Source of the DNA: Thalia democratica
Lineage: Eukaryota
Direction of reading: 5' to 3'
NCBI GenBank assembly: GCA_965202585.1
Contig: OZ241830.1
Location: 70,804,001-70,868,000, forward strand
DNA: 64,000 bases
Of this stretch, positions 1 through 13,941 are shown piece after piece (positions within the stretch are counted from its first letter, which is position 1; each line of letters begins with the position of its first letter). Below the pieces are notes generated by a model. The model saw only the letters and a list, made by a program, of their open reading frames with translations, searched no databases and was not told where the DNA came from. The position numbers were made by a program, and so were the translations under genes.

Positions 1-3000
1 AATGTGCAGTTACTTTTGTTCTTACCTTTGTTTTATTTTTATTTGCATTCATTATTATTTTTATATCTTTCTCAGGTTTTATTGTATGTTTTTAAAAACT
101 TTGTTTCTTGTGTTAACAATATATCAATTGTTGTCGGAGATACGTTGTAAATTAAGTTTTGTTTTTATTTGTACATCTTAAAGCCATTTTTTTTTTTTTT
201 TTTTGTACCAGTCCATGATTTTAGATACTCTAAAGTTTGAATTTAAATTCTGAAACTAATTAATATTCTGAAATTTTGAGGTTTTCAATCTCATTAAATA
301 TTGAGGTCATACCTGTGATAATTCAGTGATTAGTTTGTTGTGCTTTCTAAAGATTTTTTGGTGTTAAATTGTTTTCTAAGTTTTTAATATATTTAATTTC
401 TACCATCATATAATGAGCAGATGTTAAAAGTACAAAAGTAACATACAAAGTTTCATATTTATACTGTGGTTTCTAGTATTATAAGCTGGATATTTATTAC
501 AAATTATGAATATTTGTATTAATTAATCCATATATTATACTCTAAATCAAGTTCAACAATTTTATGGAACTGACTCAGAATAACAATGTTGTTTTATGTC
601 GTTGCTATGGTTTTCTTGAACTAATCTTGTTTGTTCGTTGTATCGTCGCCTGTTAAAATTCCCTGTCTAAAACATTTTTTTTGTGTTATTTAGTTGTTGC
701 ATTGGTTTTTTTCCTAAAGTATACCAAGTTTAAATACACTGTTAAAGAGAGTTTGTAACCGTTTAGATTTCAGTTTACTTTGTGTTTGCTAAAAAGTTTA
801 ATTGAACCACTGACATCAGCTGAGTAACTTTTTAAAGTAAGTATAAACGTTGTAATTGTTCAAACTGTTACTTTTTAATCTTTCAAAAATACGTAGAATA
901 TCTCATTTGATTGAGGCTAATACTCAATACGCTCGATATACTTTTTACAATGTGTTGTGAATATTAGTAAATAATTGTGAATATTAGCCAATGGACCATA
1001 ACTTTTTATTTTTTTTATTTACAATAAAAGTTTCTTTAAACTAATTTTTATAAACTTGCCTTAGCTTTATTTTCAGTGCTTCGAAAATAATTATTTTATC
1101 ATTAAAATTAAACTTAGATCTTAATTTGAATTCATTGTATATACCACTTTTTTGTGCAATTTTTTTAATAAATCCAAAAAAGAGAATTTCTTGTAAACCG
1201 TGTCCAGTATACAAAATTAAGAAAACATAGATACTATCAATAGTATCTAGCTAGTATTAATACTAAAAAAATACAAGTTTTCCAACATTTGTAGATATAG
1301 TTGACATATGTATAGCCTGAAAACTGTGCTACAAACTATAAAAATACGACAGTTAATAAAAACCTCATTTAGACTGTTAAGTACTGTTAAGTAAGGTTGC
1401 CATATTAAAAAAAAATCTTTTTGTATGTACTTTGAGTACGTTTGCTTTTAGATGAGTTAAAAGTTTATACTTAAAAGAATACTTAAAAGTTTTGACTTGT
1501 TGCCTATGTAAAGCTTTATATAAAAATAATAGTCGAGCTTTAGTCTCGACTATTATTTTAATTATTTTAATAGTCTATTTATTCTTGTTAAAAGTTACTT
1601 TCTTTTTTGTTGAAACTTTTTTTGTTTGAACCTTTAGCAAAATTGTACTTATTTCCGATAGGAAGAGCTAGTTCTTACGAATTTTAGGACTTCGTGAAAC
1701 AATGTGAACAGTCTAAAAGCCATTCAGTTTTCTATAACTGCAATTGTACTACACCTGATGAGTTTGTAATTCAACAGTTTCTGTTTATATAATATACTCC
1801 TATTAGTTTTTATAAGGTTAAGAGTCACTTATAAGTTTTAAATGATAGTTTTTATGAGTAACTAACAAGTAAATGTTTTTACATTTAAGCAAACTATAAA
1901 TATAGCTGTTAAAAATAGTTTTTAAATTATGAATTATAGTTCAAAATATTTTTACATCAACAGCTGACTTAAAATAGCAGTTTTTAAATGATTACAATAT
2001 ACTTTAAGAGGCTTACCCTGTTTTCCATTTGATTTAATTCTTATTTTAAATCAGTATTTAGTTTATATTTGTTTAAAGTTTAAATTTTCAATATTATAAG
2101 TGTTCACACCGGCACGATTTTTGATAGAGATTAACTGTTTTTTGAATTTATATTCTGTAAGCTATTATAAAAATAAGCTTATAAACAATAAAACAACTTT
2201 GTTATTATGTTAAATATCATGTAAAGGTTAAAACATTGTAAATAAATATTGTAGTTTAACAAATTTTATCAAATTCAACTCGTGATCTCGGATTATATTC
2301 AGTATATTGATTTGCTTTTTTTCTTTTAGGCATATGTATCAACTTAGCTTGATGTACTCCGGGCTACTTGGGTCTATAGCTTTATTTGAAACCACCTCTG
2401 TAACAGGTTCGGCAGTTTCGGCAGGAGCAAGACTCGCAACAGCTTCGGGGCTATCTTTAGTTGCTACCTCGATCTAAAACCGCGTGCGAGAGGGTTTAAG
2501 AGCTAATAGCCTCTTCATTTTACTTATAAGATAAATTTAAGTATAGACTAAGAAGTAGCTATATGATTTAGTATACAATAAAATAAAAGAAATATTAAGA
2601 AATGTTTACTACTTTAGAAGGCTTCTTGCAGTTCGCGATTCTAGTTGTGCTGTAACAAATGGTTGCTAGTACAGTTTACTGGTTCAGAACCTAAGGACTT
2701 ATACTTCCTCGTTGACACCGGATGAAGAGCGCGCGAGGTAAAAAGATACAATATTGAAATAAAGTAAAGAAATATAGATGTAATAAGTTTAAGCCACCGA
2801 ATGTGGGGGTTATACGTAGAGTTCAATGTTCAAATCGACCCAATCTGGAATTTGTTTCTGGAGGACAGCTTGTCTGCTACAGTATGCGTAAACTTATGAG
2901 AATGGCACGCTAACAACTCAAATCGCCCTGTCGACGTTGCTAAAGTAGGTATACAAAATGTGTATAGAACATTATATAAAAACTACGAAGTTATGAAGTA

Positions 3001-6000
3001 AAATACAAAGTAAATGTTTTAAACAAACAAGTACTTGAATAAGAAGGTTTTGCCGGAGATCATCTAGATTTTTCAAAATGGCAGCTTACGCTCAAAGCGT
3101 CAAGAGAGGTTTTGCTGGGGATCAGCTAGATTTTCCAAGATGCCAAATGATGTGAAGTTGCTTTCTTCTTGACATGAAGTAGGTGAGACTTGCTATCTCA
3201 TTCATTCGGCTGCTTATGTACACCTCGATTGCATAACAGTTCCGCATGATCAAGGCATGGTACTAACTATAACATGCTGGTTGAAGCAGGTTGAATGAAC
3301 ATGCTGGTTGAATAAGATTTTCAGGTCGATGTCCAACATCGACTTAATTAAAATTATTATTTTTGTTTTTTAATGAGTAAGTTTTTGAAAGCAAACAAGT
3401 AGTATCCTACCTTTCAAAAATTCGTTCTATTCTATCTATAGAATTTAAAATTTAAAGTTAATTTCGATATTAATAGAAGAGTATTATTTATGGTTAAAAA
3501 ATTCAGAAAATAAACTTATAATTATAAATATAATGTTTAATAAAAACCTTAAGTTAAACGAAATATGAGATGCCCCATAATCAAGTATCACGAAGTATAC
3601 TTGAAATTTAATTTAAATTACAAACGAGATTCATTAATATCGCTCGTTTAAGCACATTTTTTTTATAAATATAAACTAATCATTACAAATACAAAGTTTA
3701 ATTTAGACCTCAAGTTAAACATATTATGAGAAGCTCAACAATCAAACATCACAAAATATGTTTAAAATTTGAATTAAATTACAAACGAGATTCATTAAAT
3801 TGCTTTAAGAAAATGCTTCATAATTCTTCATAATTCTCAATCATAATTTATACAATTTATGTTGATGCTTACTATTGTTTGTAGTACACCATGGAAGCAC
3901 ACTTAATGTTATTAATTATAAGTTTTTCAGAACTCAATATTCACTTGCACATGTTTATACAATATTAACTTAATGAAATATTATTTAAAATATTTGTATA
4001 TACATAATATTAGTGACTTACTTTAAATTATAAGCAGTAATTCTTGAGTCACATAGCACTATTTTTCATTGGGCTTTTATCTAGAGGATGTTTACAAATG
4101 AAAAAAACATTTGGTACAGTTTAGCACAAAGTAATTTTTTTTAATGAAACTTCAGCAAAAAACAGGGTCAAGTTTTACCAATTTTCATTTTCAGCTTGTT
4201 AAGTTAGTAAAGCTTTGTTAAAATATTTTTAGTAATAGATAAAAGTTCAGTTCGAATCATAATAAAAAAAAACAACTAACAAGTAATAATTTCAGTTGTA
4301 TTACAAATGCTTGTAGACCAAAGAGGTTTTAGACCTAAATTTTCTTTTTTTTTGCGATCGTTTTGAGATCGTTTTTGCGATTATATTTTTTCGAAAATAA
4401 GTGGTACTCAGTACATTTAGTTTAAAGCTTCTGTTAAAATTTCGTTATAATTTAAGTTACACATGTAGAACCTTTTCGTTTTAATACTTAGCATTAATTC
4501 CTTACACTATTATTTGTTTCTGCAAAAAAGTACAATTTTTAAACTAAGCAAATTTTATTGTTGCTTATGATTTAACACTTAGTTACTAGTTTGCTCATTT
4601 TTGTAATATACGACAATTAAACAGATTTGTTTTTTATTTTTAGGATTAACAAAAACGATTTGAAAATTCACTTAACATCACTTTTTGAAAACCATCCAGA
4701 TATTTTGTATACATGTAACGAAATTTTACCTCCAGATTGCTATATTGAGGTTAGTGAAAATTATAGATATATTAGAGTAAAACGTTAAACAAAAATTATT
4801 ATACAGTTCAAACTTAACTTACCTTATAGAGAAAGTTTTTTTGTACTATGAGCTGATTAAAATAAATTAATACAACTTTGTCAAACTATGTTTTTAAAAT
4901 TAGTAACTATTAAAGTGTATCATGAGATTACATATTGTACTTGAAATATTTTAATGCTTTTACTGAAACTGTTTTATGTTAGCATTGTTTATATATTTTG
5001 TACTCTTACATTATAACATAATTTTAATTAACAGTATAAGAGAAGAAGAAGAAAACTGCACTTTTTAACAAAGTCGTCAGAAAATTTCAGTTTCCTTTTT
5101 ATTTTGCTTGTGATTTCAACTTTTAGTCATATAACTTTTTTTTATAGTAGTAACACTTATGTGTTTAACTTATTAGTTATTTTTTACACTATAAATATTT
5201 TAAGTGCTAATTTTTGTACAAAATTTGCATAGTTTTGTACGTTTGTAGTAAACTTCATAAGTTTTACTAAAATATTAGGTACAACAACTATAAATTTTTT
5301 TGAGCATTTTTTAAACATAAGATTACATTGTTTATGAATTAGAATTTTATTTAATAGTACACTTTGTATTTTTAAATGAAATGATTGTTCTACATTTCAT
5401 TAGTTATGCATTTTAATTAAGAAATGGCTTTATTTGATTGTTTTTTAACTCACAAAATGTATTAAGCAACATTTTTACACATATAAATACTAGTAAAACA
5501 AACGGCTGCGTCACCTTGACATAATAATGAAGTACTAGTTTCTTTTATAGAATAACATATAGTTTTTCTTGAAACATTACTTTTGTTGGCGTCTGTTTGC
5601 CGGTTTGTTTTAAAATATTAGGGGGCAAACAGCGATACTACTTCACGCTGTGATTAAACCGTATTTATACGTTATTAGAATACTTCTATTTGCTTCTATT
5701 GAATATGTTAGCTTTTGTATAACTTTGTTTGTTGTTGTTAAGTAACTTTTTTTCATACTGCCCATACATCGTTAATTAACTACTTCCGAAAGTAAAAATT
5801 TTTCTATTTATGTATAACCGCATATATGAGAGTTAATTTAAAATACAAGTTAAAAAAAAAGCAACAATATAAAATAATACCTACTGTGCTAACTGTAGTA
5901 AATAACTAATTAAATTGAGCAACCGCATTAAGTTACTTAAGAATTTCAAGTTTATCAAAGTGTTGTCTGCAACATAACGGTGTCCACAACTAACACATAA

Positions 6001-6568
6001 AAGTTGTCCTCTACACTAGAAATCTATAACTATCACATCATAGTAGATCGCAGAATCTATGAATAGGCTTCTAGTTTATTTAGTGCTTGGCATACCAATT
6101 GTTGTACTACAAAACCCACTATATTTCTAAAATAATTAAAGACTTTCGTAAAAGATATGGATATTGAAGTAAAAAGGTAATTTTTAGACTGCATTTCCAA
6201 TTGTATTTGAACTTCTGTATAAAAACTACTAAGTTTTGTTATAAAAAAAAAGTTAGAAGTTTGTAAGTTTGTAAGTTAAGAAAAAAAAATATTAAAATTA
6301 AACATATTTAATATAACGAAAAGTTTATAGACAATGTTTAAAAGTAACAAATAAAGCTTGCTTAATTTACCTTCACTACTTATAACGACCTGATAACTAA
6401 TTGTAACAAAGAAAGTTCAAATAAAGTTTTAATAAAAAGGTTTAATTCTTGCTTTTATAACTAACCTAAGGAATGTTAACGACTTGAAAGAGATGCTTGA
6501 TCTCAGTTGTCCATAACATTGTAAAGTCTCAAACTATCACTTAAAAGTTGTCTGCAACATTAAGTATC

Positions 6569-6718
6569 TACAACTACCACATTACAGTAGATCGCAACAA
6601 TACAACTATCACATAGCTTAAAGATCGTAGTAGTACAACTTTTACATCATAGGAGATCGCAATGAGACAATTACGACATCAGTAGATTGCAATGATACAA
6701 TTACTTTACACAGTAGAA
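6569..6718. repeat. Degenerate 30-33-bp minisatellite (related copy about 6025-6055)
   Basis: About five units of TACAACTA.CACAT..AG(T)AGATCGCAA. Confidence 0.65.
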
Positions 6719-6953
6719 ATGACTAGCACTTCTTTGAGTATTTTTACTTTTATATATGTGTCTGCTAAATACAGTCGATCTTAGCCATTATTAAGGCACC
6801 TTTGGAAAACCAAGACTCTTAGTAATTCTTTTTAGCGATTTTATATTAAAACTCTAAAAAATAACAATGTTATTTCTTAAAGTTTTCGTCTAATAATCTG
6901 AATCAACACTTAAATAATGTACTTACAATCTCAAAATAAAATTTGAAGTAAAT

Positions 6954-7808
6954 TTAGTAGCTCCAGTGGCCCTTCATCTCCCATTCGTTTGCGCCGCAAG
7001 AAACAACGCCGTGCACAACATCGTACCGATTATCCGCTGGAAGTCGCTTCTCGCAAGCCACCGGGCCTCCCGAGTCGCCCGAAGTGTTGCCACTGCACTC
7101 ACCCGGATTTTCAACTTCAATACTGCAGTGAGCGAACATGTTATCAAATGTCCTTTGAACAGTCAAACGATCTTTAACTTGTAAAATGTCTGGAGTCTCC
7201 CCTCTTTCGTTTATATCACCCCAGCCGGAAATTTTGCAAGACCACCCGACCTGCGGCTCGTTTCTGAAAATCAGTATGGCGGGCCGTATATTTTCTATAG
7301 GTTCATCGTAAAGTTTATTTCTGAGAAGCACCAAGCCGATATCGTACCTGTTAGCACTTAACTTTACAGGCTCCGAGTGGTGGTTTTCGTGCAAGTAAAA
7401 ATTTTCCGAGACGACAGTTCTGCGGGTGGGATCCTGTTGATTCACTTCATTGTATATGGTGCCTGCAGTAACTGCAATTCTCAGTATTTCAACTTTGTAG
7501 CTGGCTGAGTCTCTATTGAAACAGTGCGCCGCTGTCATAACCCACCGACTGTTCAGCAGAGATCCACCGCAGAAATGTCGAAACTTGTTAGCATCTAAAC
7601 GATTAGGCGAGCGAATGACGTCTTCTTGATAATAATAATATTCAGGGTCATCATTTAGGTTGAGTGTTTCTGCGTATTCGAGAAACTTCAAGGACACTTG
7701 GTAAGGAACTTCTCCCACATTTGCGTTGCGCCCGTTCTTTACTTGCCCGTTTACAAGGCACGAGCAAGTTAATAAAAACAAAAAACTCAATCTGATCTTC
7801 CAATCCAT
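6954..7808 (-). pseudogene. 3'-truncated paralog of the S1A serine protease
   Basis: About 98% identical to 35665-36520 with an intact His/Asp/Ser triad. Homology ends abruptly at 6960 (KGHWSY* versus KGHWSRPCKAVKSVDYVGWMEEKM), removing the C-terminal helix and domain 2. Confidence 0.8.
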
Positions 7809-8560
7809 AAGTAATGAGTGCCAGGTAAATTTTATCAAATCAAACAAAAATGTTTTTTTATGTTTTAAAATATCTTGTGCTACGTGATAATTGGTTTATT
7901 TAGATTAGAGCTACAAAAAGTTATAAAAATTGTAGTCAATGTTGATTTTTAAGTAAACGATAAAAGAGAAATCTAAAGCTTATACTTTTTAGTCCTTTGG
8001 TAAGTAGACTCTACTAGCTTTTACATTTTAAACTGGCATAAACTCACACGTCATTTCACCATTTCGATCATGACATCTGTATAGTGACATTTCATTGTTT
8101 TTAACTTAGCGTCTAACAAAAATTTTGAATAAATTTTGTTTTATTATTTAAATATACAATGATGTTGCCTGAGCTAAAATCAATCAGCTGTTTTACAGTG
8201 AAATTTCAATTTTTATAGATCATTATAAAATTAAACATAAAGCTTTTATAAGTTTATCAAATAAGTTCATCAAAATGTACTAAAAAAAAAAAAATCTTAT
8301 ACTAAAGATTAAGTCGAAATATCAGTTAAGTATTTTATAAGTCTTTTATGCTTATATTGTTTTCTGAGCTACTTGGGTTTTATGTGAAAACGCCTCTGTA
8401 ACAGGTTCGGCAGTCTCGTCAGGAGCCAGATTTGTTTTAGCTTCGGAACAATCTTGATTTTTAGTTGATCCCTCGGTTTGCGACTGACTGCGAGATGGTT
8501 TAAGAGTTAAAACCATTTTCATTTTGTTTGAAAATTAAAATAAAACATGTACTAACAAGT

Positions 8561-9954
8561 TAGTTTTAAAACGTTTTTTATTTCCAGTGTCCAAGATAAT
8601 GAGAACTTGTTTGTTCAGATAGTAAATAATAATAAATAAGTATAACAAAATTATTGAAAAAAATACAATATTGCTTCTACTGTCTTGAAAATGAACAAAT
8701 AACACGCTTTCGATTCACAAGTACTTTCATTAAAACATTATCAAGCGATAAACGGCTGAAATTATAAAAACACAACTATTAGTAACTAATTTATAAAGTA
8801 AACAAAATTTAAATAAAAGTTCATAGTTAAACTTTTAAGCTATATAAATTTATAAACATTTCATATTATCAAACAATTAATTATCATATAAAATTTTAAA
8901 AACTAGGATTCTACTAACTAGCTTTTAAGTCTTCCAAGTAGCTCTTAGAATCTTTACAATATTCATTAGGTCTAAATTGGCAGTATTTTCTACTTACAGG
9001 ATCTAAAAGTAAATTTAACATAGCAGTTATTTTGCAAAGGTAGGAATTTCCATCTGCCTGGACTATTCTGACAGGAATATCATTGATAGCACATGCTTTC
9101 AGCTGCTCTCGTGACAGCTTATGTGTTTTCCAGAGCGGATACATATAGCCGCAGTTCATGTTTGAAAAAAACTTTGCTTTACTGCCTGTGGCTTTTCTAA
9201 AAATACCAAGTTTTGTTCTTGTTATTACTGTGGTTTTATATAGCATATTTTCATCAATGATGTTGTTTTCACACAGACTCATTACAATTTCGTTCTTTTT
9301 TTTATTCTTATTTATTATTTCCCTAACCTTTGGTTTATTTTGTGTAGTTCTGTTCTAGACCACCAGTTATCATCTTTATGTAATCATCGTAATCAGTTAT
9401 AATAGTTTTACCTTCTTTATCAGAATAGCCTACCACTATATCTTTATTTTGTGATTTTAATTTTTTCATAGATGTTAGTTGGTTTTTATTCAGGTTATTC
9501 CTCCTTATGTACTTTAGTATCACATTATTTTTTAAGTTTCTAAACTTATTTAATCACAACTTATAAATATTTTATATTTTAGAACTTAGTATTTTAGGAT
9601 TTTTAGGAAAAGAGCATTTTGGTAAATTGTTTTTTGGCATTTACTTGTATGCATTTATGAGTTGTTAGTTAATAGAATCTTAGTTTTTAAAATTTTGTAT
9701 GGTAAATAAATTTTTGATAATATGAAGTGTTTATAAATTTATATAGCCTAAAAGCTTAAGTTTTAACTTTTATTTAAATTTTGTTTACTTTTTAAACTAG
9801 TTACTATTAATTGTGTTTTTATAATTTCAGCCGTTTATCGCTTGATAATGTTTTAATGAAAGTACTAGTGAATCAAAAGCGTGTTATTTGTTCATTTTCA
9901 AGACAGTAGAAGCAATATTGTATTTTTTACAATAATTTTGTTGTACTAACAAGT
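8561..9954 (-). mobile_element. Penelope-like retroelement fragment with inverted terminal duplication and 13-bp flanking direct repeat
   Basis: ORFs 9335-9523 (NLNKNQLTSMKKLKSQNKDIVVGYSDKEGKTIITDYDDY) and 8914-9282 (YPLWKTHK..IPVRIV..CKDSKSYLEDL) resemble the PLE RT N-terminus. Inverted repeats lie at about 8641-8918 and 9664-9941. TGTACTAACAAGT occurs at 8548-8560 and 9942-9954. The empty site is at 37288-37300. Confidence 0.75.
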
Positions 9955-12900
9955 ACTAATACACTTTGTTTAACAGTAAAATAAAATAAAAACTGAAATC
10001 GTTTGGCAATTTTAAATTTATCTACTTTAAGAGGTTTCTCTCAGTTCACCAGTTGTGTTGCAACGGATGGAAGATACAACTTACTGATTCAGGACGTGGT
10101 GGCCACTCATGCTTCCTCGTTGGTACCGGATGTGGAGCGCGCGATATAAGTATTCAAATGTTTGTTATAAGTATTGTTCATCTCCTTTTATAAGTTGATT
10201 TAAAGTTAAAAACATTTTTGAAACAAACATTTAAACTCCAGTGTACTCAAATTTGTTAACAGTTTTAACAACTATAATTTAACTATTTTATCTCATTTAA
10301 ATGGGTAGCTGTCAATTTTGCAAGAGCGTACAAAATTGCATGACGGGGCAAAATTGCACGAAGATACTTTTGCCCGAAGACACTTTTGCATGAGGGTGTA
10401 ACCTATGGATATAGGTATCTTTAATATTCTTAACCTATACTAAATAATGATACTAATAATACTTAGGGTTACTCTATATAAAACTAGGCATGACAATTAA
10501 TGAACATGTTGTATTAAAGAACAATTGCGAACTCTTAGAAAAATATAAATAATATCATACTTAAGAACTATTGTTTATTGAACGACAAAAAAAAAACGCT
10601 CAAAAGGTTTGGTCCGAGCACCTGGTGTATAAAAAGACTTTCAGTTATCGAATCATATACCAGAACAGTTTAACGTCATGCCCAGGACAATGTTTAACGT
10701 CATGCTCTAACTTTCAACTGTAGTCCTCCAGGGGCTGTGGTAGGAACTACCTTTAATTGGGGAAAGTCCCCTTTTTTGTGCTAAACGCTTAGCGCGTTTA
10801 GCTCTTAAGGGTTTTACTGAATTTACCTTACTCATTAGGTTTAACTTAGTAATTAATAAGTATGTAATAACGTTAATATAAATAATTTCTTTAATGAAGT
10901 GAGTTTATTGAATATGTGATATTAATGTGAATAAAAGTAGAATTAGAAGTGATAAAGCAGCTAGTAAATCAGTTGAATAAAACTGCAAATATAAACACAA
11001 CAAGTAAACACAAAGTTCTATAAACAGAAATGTTCTTAAAGTGTTTTAGGTCTTAAATACAAAAATAGTTCTTACTAATAAAAGTACTAATAATACAGAG
11101 AGATATATCAGTTTTATAAACCCATGTAAAAACTATTTACAACTATACGTACTTGTTTGTAACTGTAGTTACTGTTTTTACCTTTATAACTCAAAAGTTG
11201 ATTAAGATTCCCTGTAACAACAAAATATCAATAGCTATTTATTTTCAGTGTGAACAAAAGAGTAGCGTTTGAAACGATTGCTGGTATTTTGAAAGGTTGT
11301 GTTGCTCTTACCCATCGACTCTACAGATTGCTTACACCTCTGGTTGGTTTTAATATGTAATAAGAGTGTAACTATTCTCATAAATGATTTGTTTAAAAAC
11401 AATTGCAACAAAAAAAACATTCTGTATTGTTTATAAGATAACATAATTATTAAAGCTGTATAAGTGAAGCAGTGTTTGAGTATTAAAAATCTCAAATTTA
11501 AACAAATATAAGCTTAATACTGTGCAATGTAACTGTACTTTACAGTTATGTATACTGAATTTAACTGTATTTTGTTTTTATTCACTAAAATTAGTGTTAT
11601 TATAACAGTTGAAGAAATATTCAGACGATAAAAAAAGTTAATCGAACAATACAGCTATTTTTTTATGTAAATATATTAATAATAAAATATATTTTAACAT
11701 GTAGTTAAATAAATACTTAAAAACAAAATTATCATAGTCAATGTAATTTCTTCAAAGTTGTTTTTTTTTATAAATTGATAATATATTACTGAATGTTTAA
11801 ACATTAAAATGAAAACATTATAAAGAAAAAAAATGTAAATGATCAAAACACGCTTATGTAATTTCAAAATATTTAACCAAAAAACATTAACAAATTTCAG
11901 CAAAAATAAATGTTTTTAACGAAACAAGTGAAGATAAAGTTTAAGGAGAACCCTGTAATATCCAGAATTTTCATAAATACTATGCAGGCTTATCTAATAC
12001 TCAGGTACTTATGTTGTATGATGAAGTTTATACAAGCTGTTGAAAGAATTAAATAACATTGACTTATATATTATTTGTTTGATAAATACTCAAAATTCGT
12101 TTTCGGCAGAACAATTAGTTTGCAGGCCTTTTAAGTTTTTAAATGTAAACAACAGAAATGCAACTTTAATCTTAACTTTAATTATATCCTCATCAAAAAA
12201 TTACTTTAAATTCAGTTCGCATTATAATTAAAAAACAACTAACATTTAATAATTTCAGTTGTTTAACAAACGCTTGTGGGTTGAAGTAGTATTTTTTAAG
12301 AAATAGGAGTTTTATTTATTTTCTTGCGATCGTTTGTGACTTTAATTTTTCAATTTTAATTGTTACTCAGTATTTTTAGTTTTAAGTTTCAATTCTTTAT
12401 AATTTTGGTTACACATGTAGAACCTTTTCTTTTAAATACTTGCATTAATTCTTCACATTATTATTTGTTTCTGCAAACAATTTTTATGGTTATGTAGGGC
12501 TTATATATTAACTTTAACTTAGTTTAAAAAAAATAATATTTTATGAAAAACAATGAGAAAGAAACTGCGGACCTCTAGTTTGTAACACAGAAATAACAAA
12601 AATGCAAGTTTATTGTAAATGTAGCTACCTATCAAATCAAGTAATTTTAACTCAGGTATCATGTACCTTAAAGTTTTTCTTCTTAGTAAGACGTTTATTT
12701 TTGTTCATGTTTAGAATAAACTATTTTGATAATAATAATGGACCTATTTTTTAACACGTAAAAAAAATATTAACTCTTTGTCATTAAAATATTAATAATA
12801 CAATCTATAAATCTATTATTTTACTTTAAAACAACTTGAAGTCTAAAGAATCCTGTAGATCACTAGTTTATATTTCAATTTTTGTATCAAGCAATCGTGC

Positions 12901-13941
12901 TGACTTTACCTGCTGATTTTCTTTTAACGATGATCCACGAAAATAGGTACAAATAAAAAGTTTGCATATTTGTGTTAATAATCAGCTCTTTACGACTGGT
13001 GAGTTGAGCAATATTTTAGTGTCACTTTAAACAAATTTAAGTTTTAAAAAACTTTAAAACTAAAAAATTAATTGCCATATTTTTATATGCTATATTTCAG
13101 GTCAAAATATTTATTTTTATTCGGTGAAAAATGCGTACTCAACTCAAAGTGCGTACGTGAGCGGAAGATGGCTTGTTCGAATGCTCAGTGTTAGGAAATT
13201 TCTGAACTTTAACCAGGTAAAAATATTATTGAATGTTTATATTATCAGTGCTTTGGACTTTACGAGTTTTAATAAAATTTTAATTTGTTTTAATATTTAA
13301 ATCTCAAGAACTTTCTGAACTTTAAGAAAATTCATATATGTTTCAATGTTTAAATACTTAATATAAATATTCTAAACTTATTTAAAATATAAACATGTTT
13401 AAACGTTTAATATTTTGAACTTTCTAAACTTTAATCATTAAAAAACTGTCGTTGTGTGTACGTTAAATATTTTCATAATAAAAATTCTGACTAAACAAGT
13501 ACAATTAGATTATTAACAACAATGATTTATGTGAAAGAAAAGTTATCAAATTATATAAACAACAATTTTTTTTTATGTTATAGTTTCATGAATAAATATA
13601 CTAGCTTTAATATTCAGACATCTGTAAGGAAAAGTATAAAAATCTAAAAAGTTATGCTTTCTCAAAGGGTACATTATTTATAAAACAAAATTCTAAATCT
13701 CTAAATTAAGTAACTGAAATTTATCAAATGTTTTCATTCAAAATATAGCTTAAAAATAAGTTATTACAGACATCTAACTTTTAACTCTGATACTTTCGTT
13801 TGTAACTTGATATAAAAACATTTTTATTGTTATTCAAATGGCGTCTTTAAACATATACCACAAAGTTAACACTAGTTGACTTTATTATTTGGTAGTTAAT
13901 TTATTTACTCTGAAAAGTTTTCTTTCAAGTCTGCATAGGAA

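Noticed and set aside
6569-6718. CRISPR-like array
   Set aside because: Eukaryotic context, units abut without unique spacers, no cas genes; it is a minisatellite.
6966-7184. Plus-strand ORFs 6966-7184, 6989-7177, 35313-35896, 14024-14254 and 42735-42935
   Set aside because: Antisense shadows of GC-rich protease exons.
8641-9941. Hammerhead ribozyme in the Penelope repeats (and CTGATGAG at about 1755)
   Set aside because: No canonical CUGANGA..GAAA core with flanking stems found by eye; needs an Infernal/RNAMotif search.
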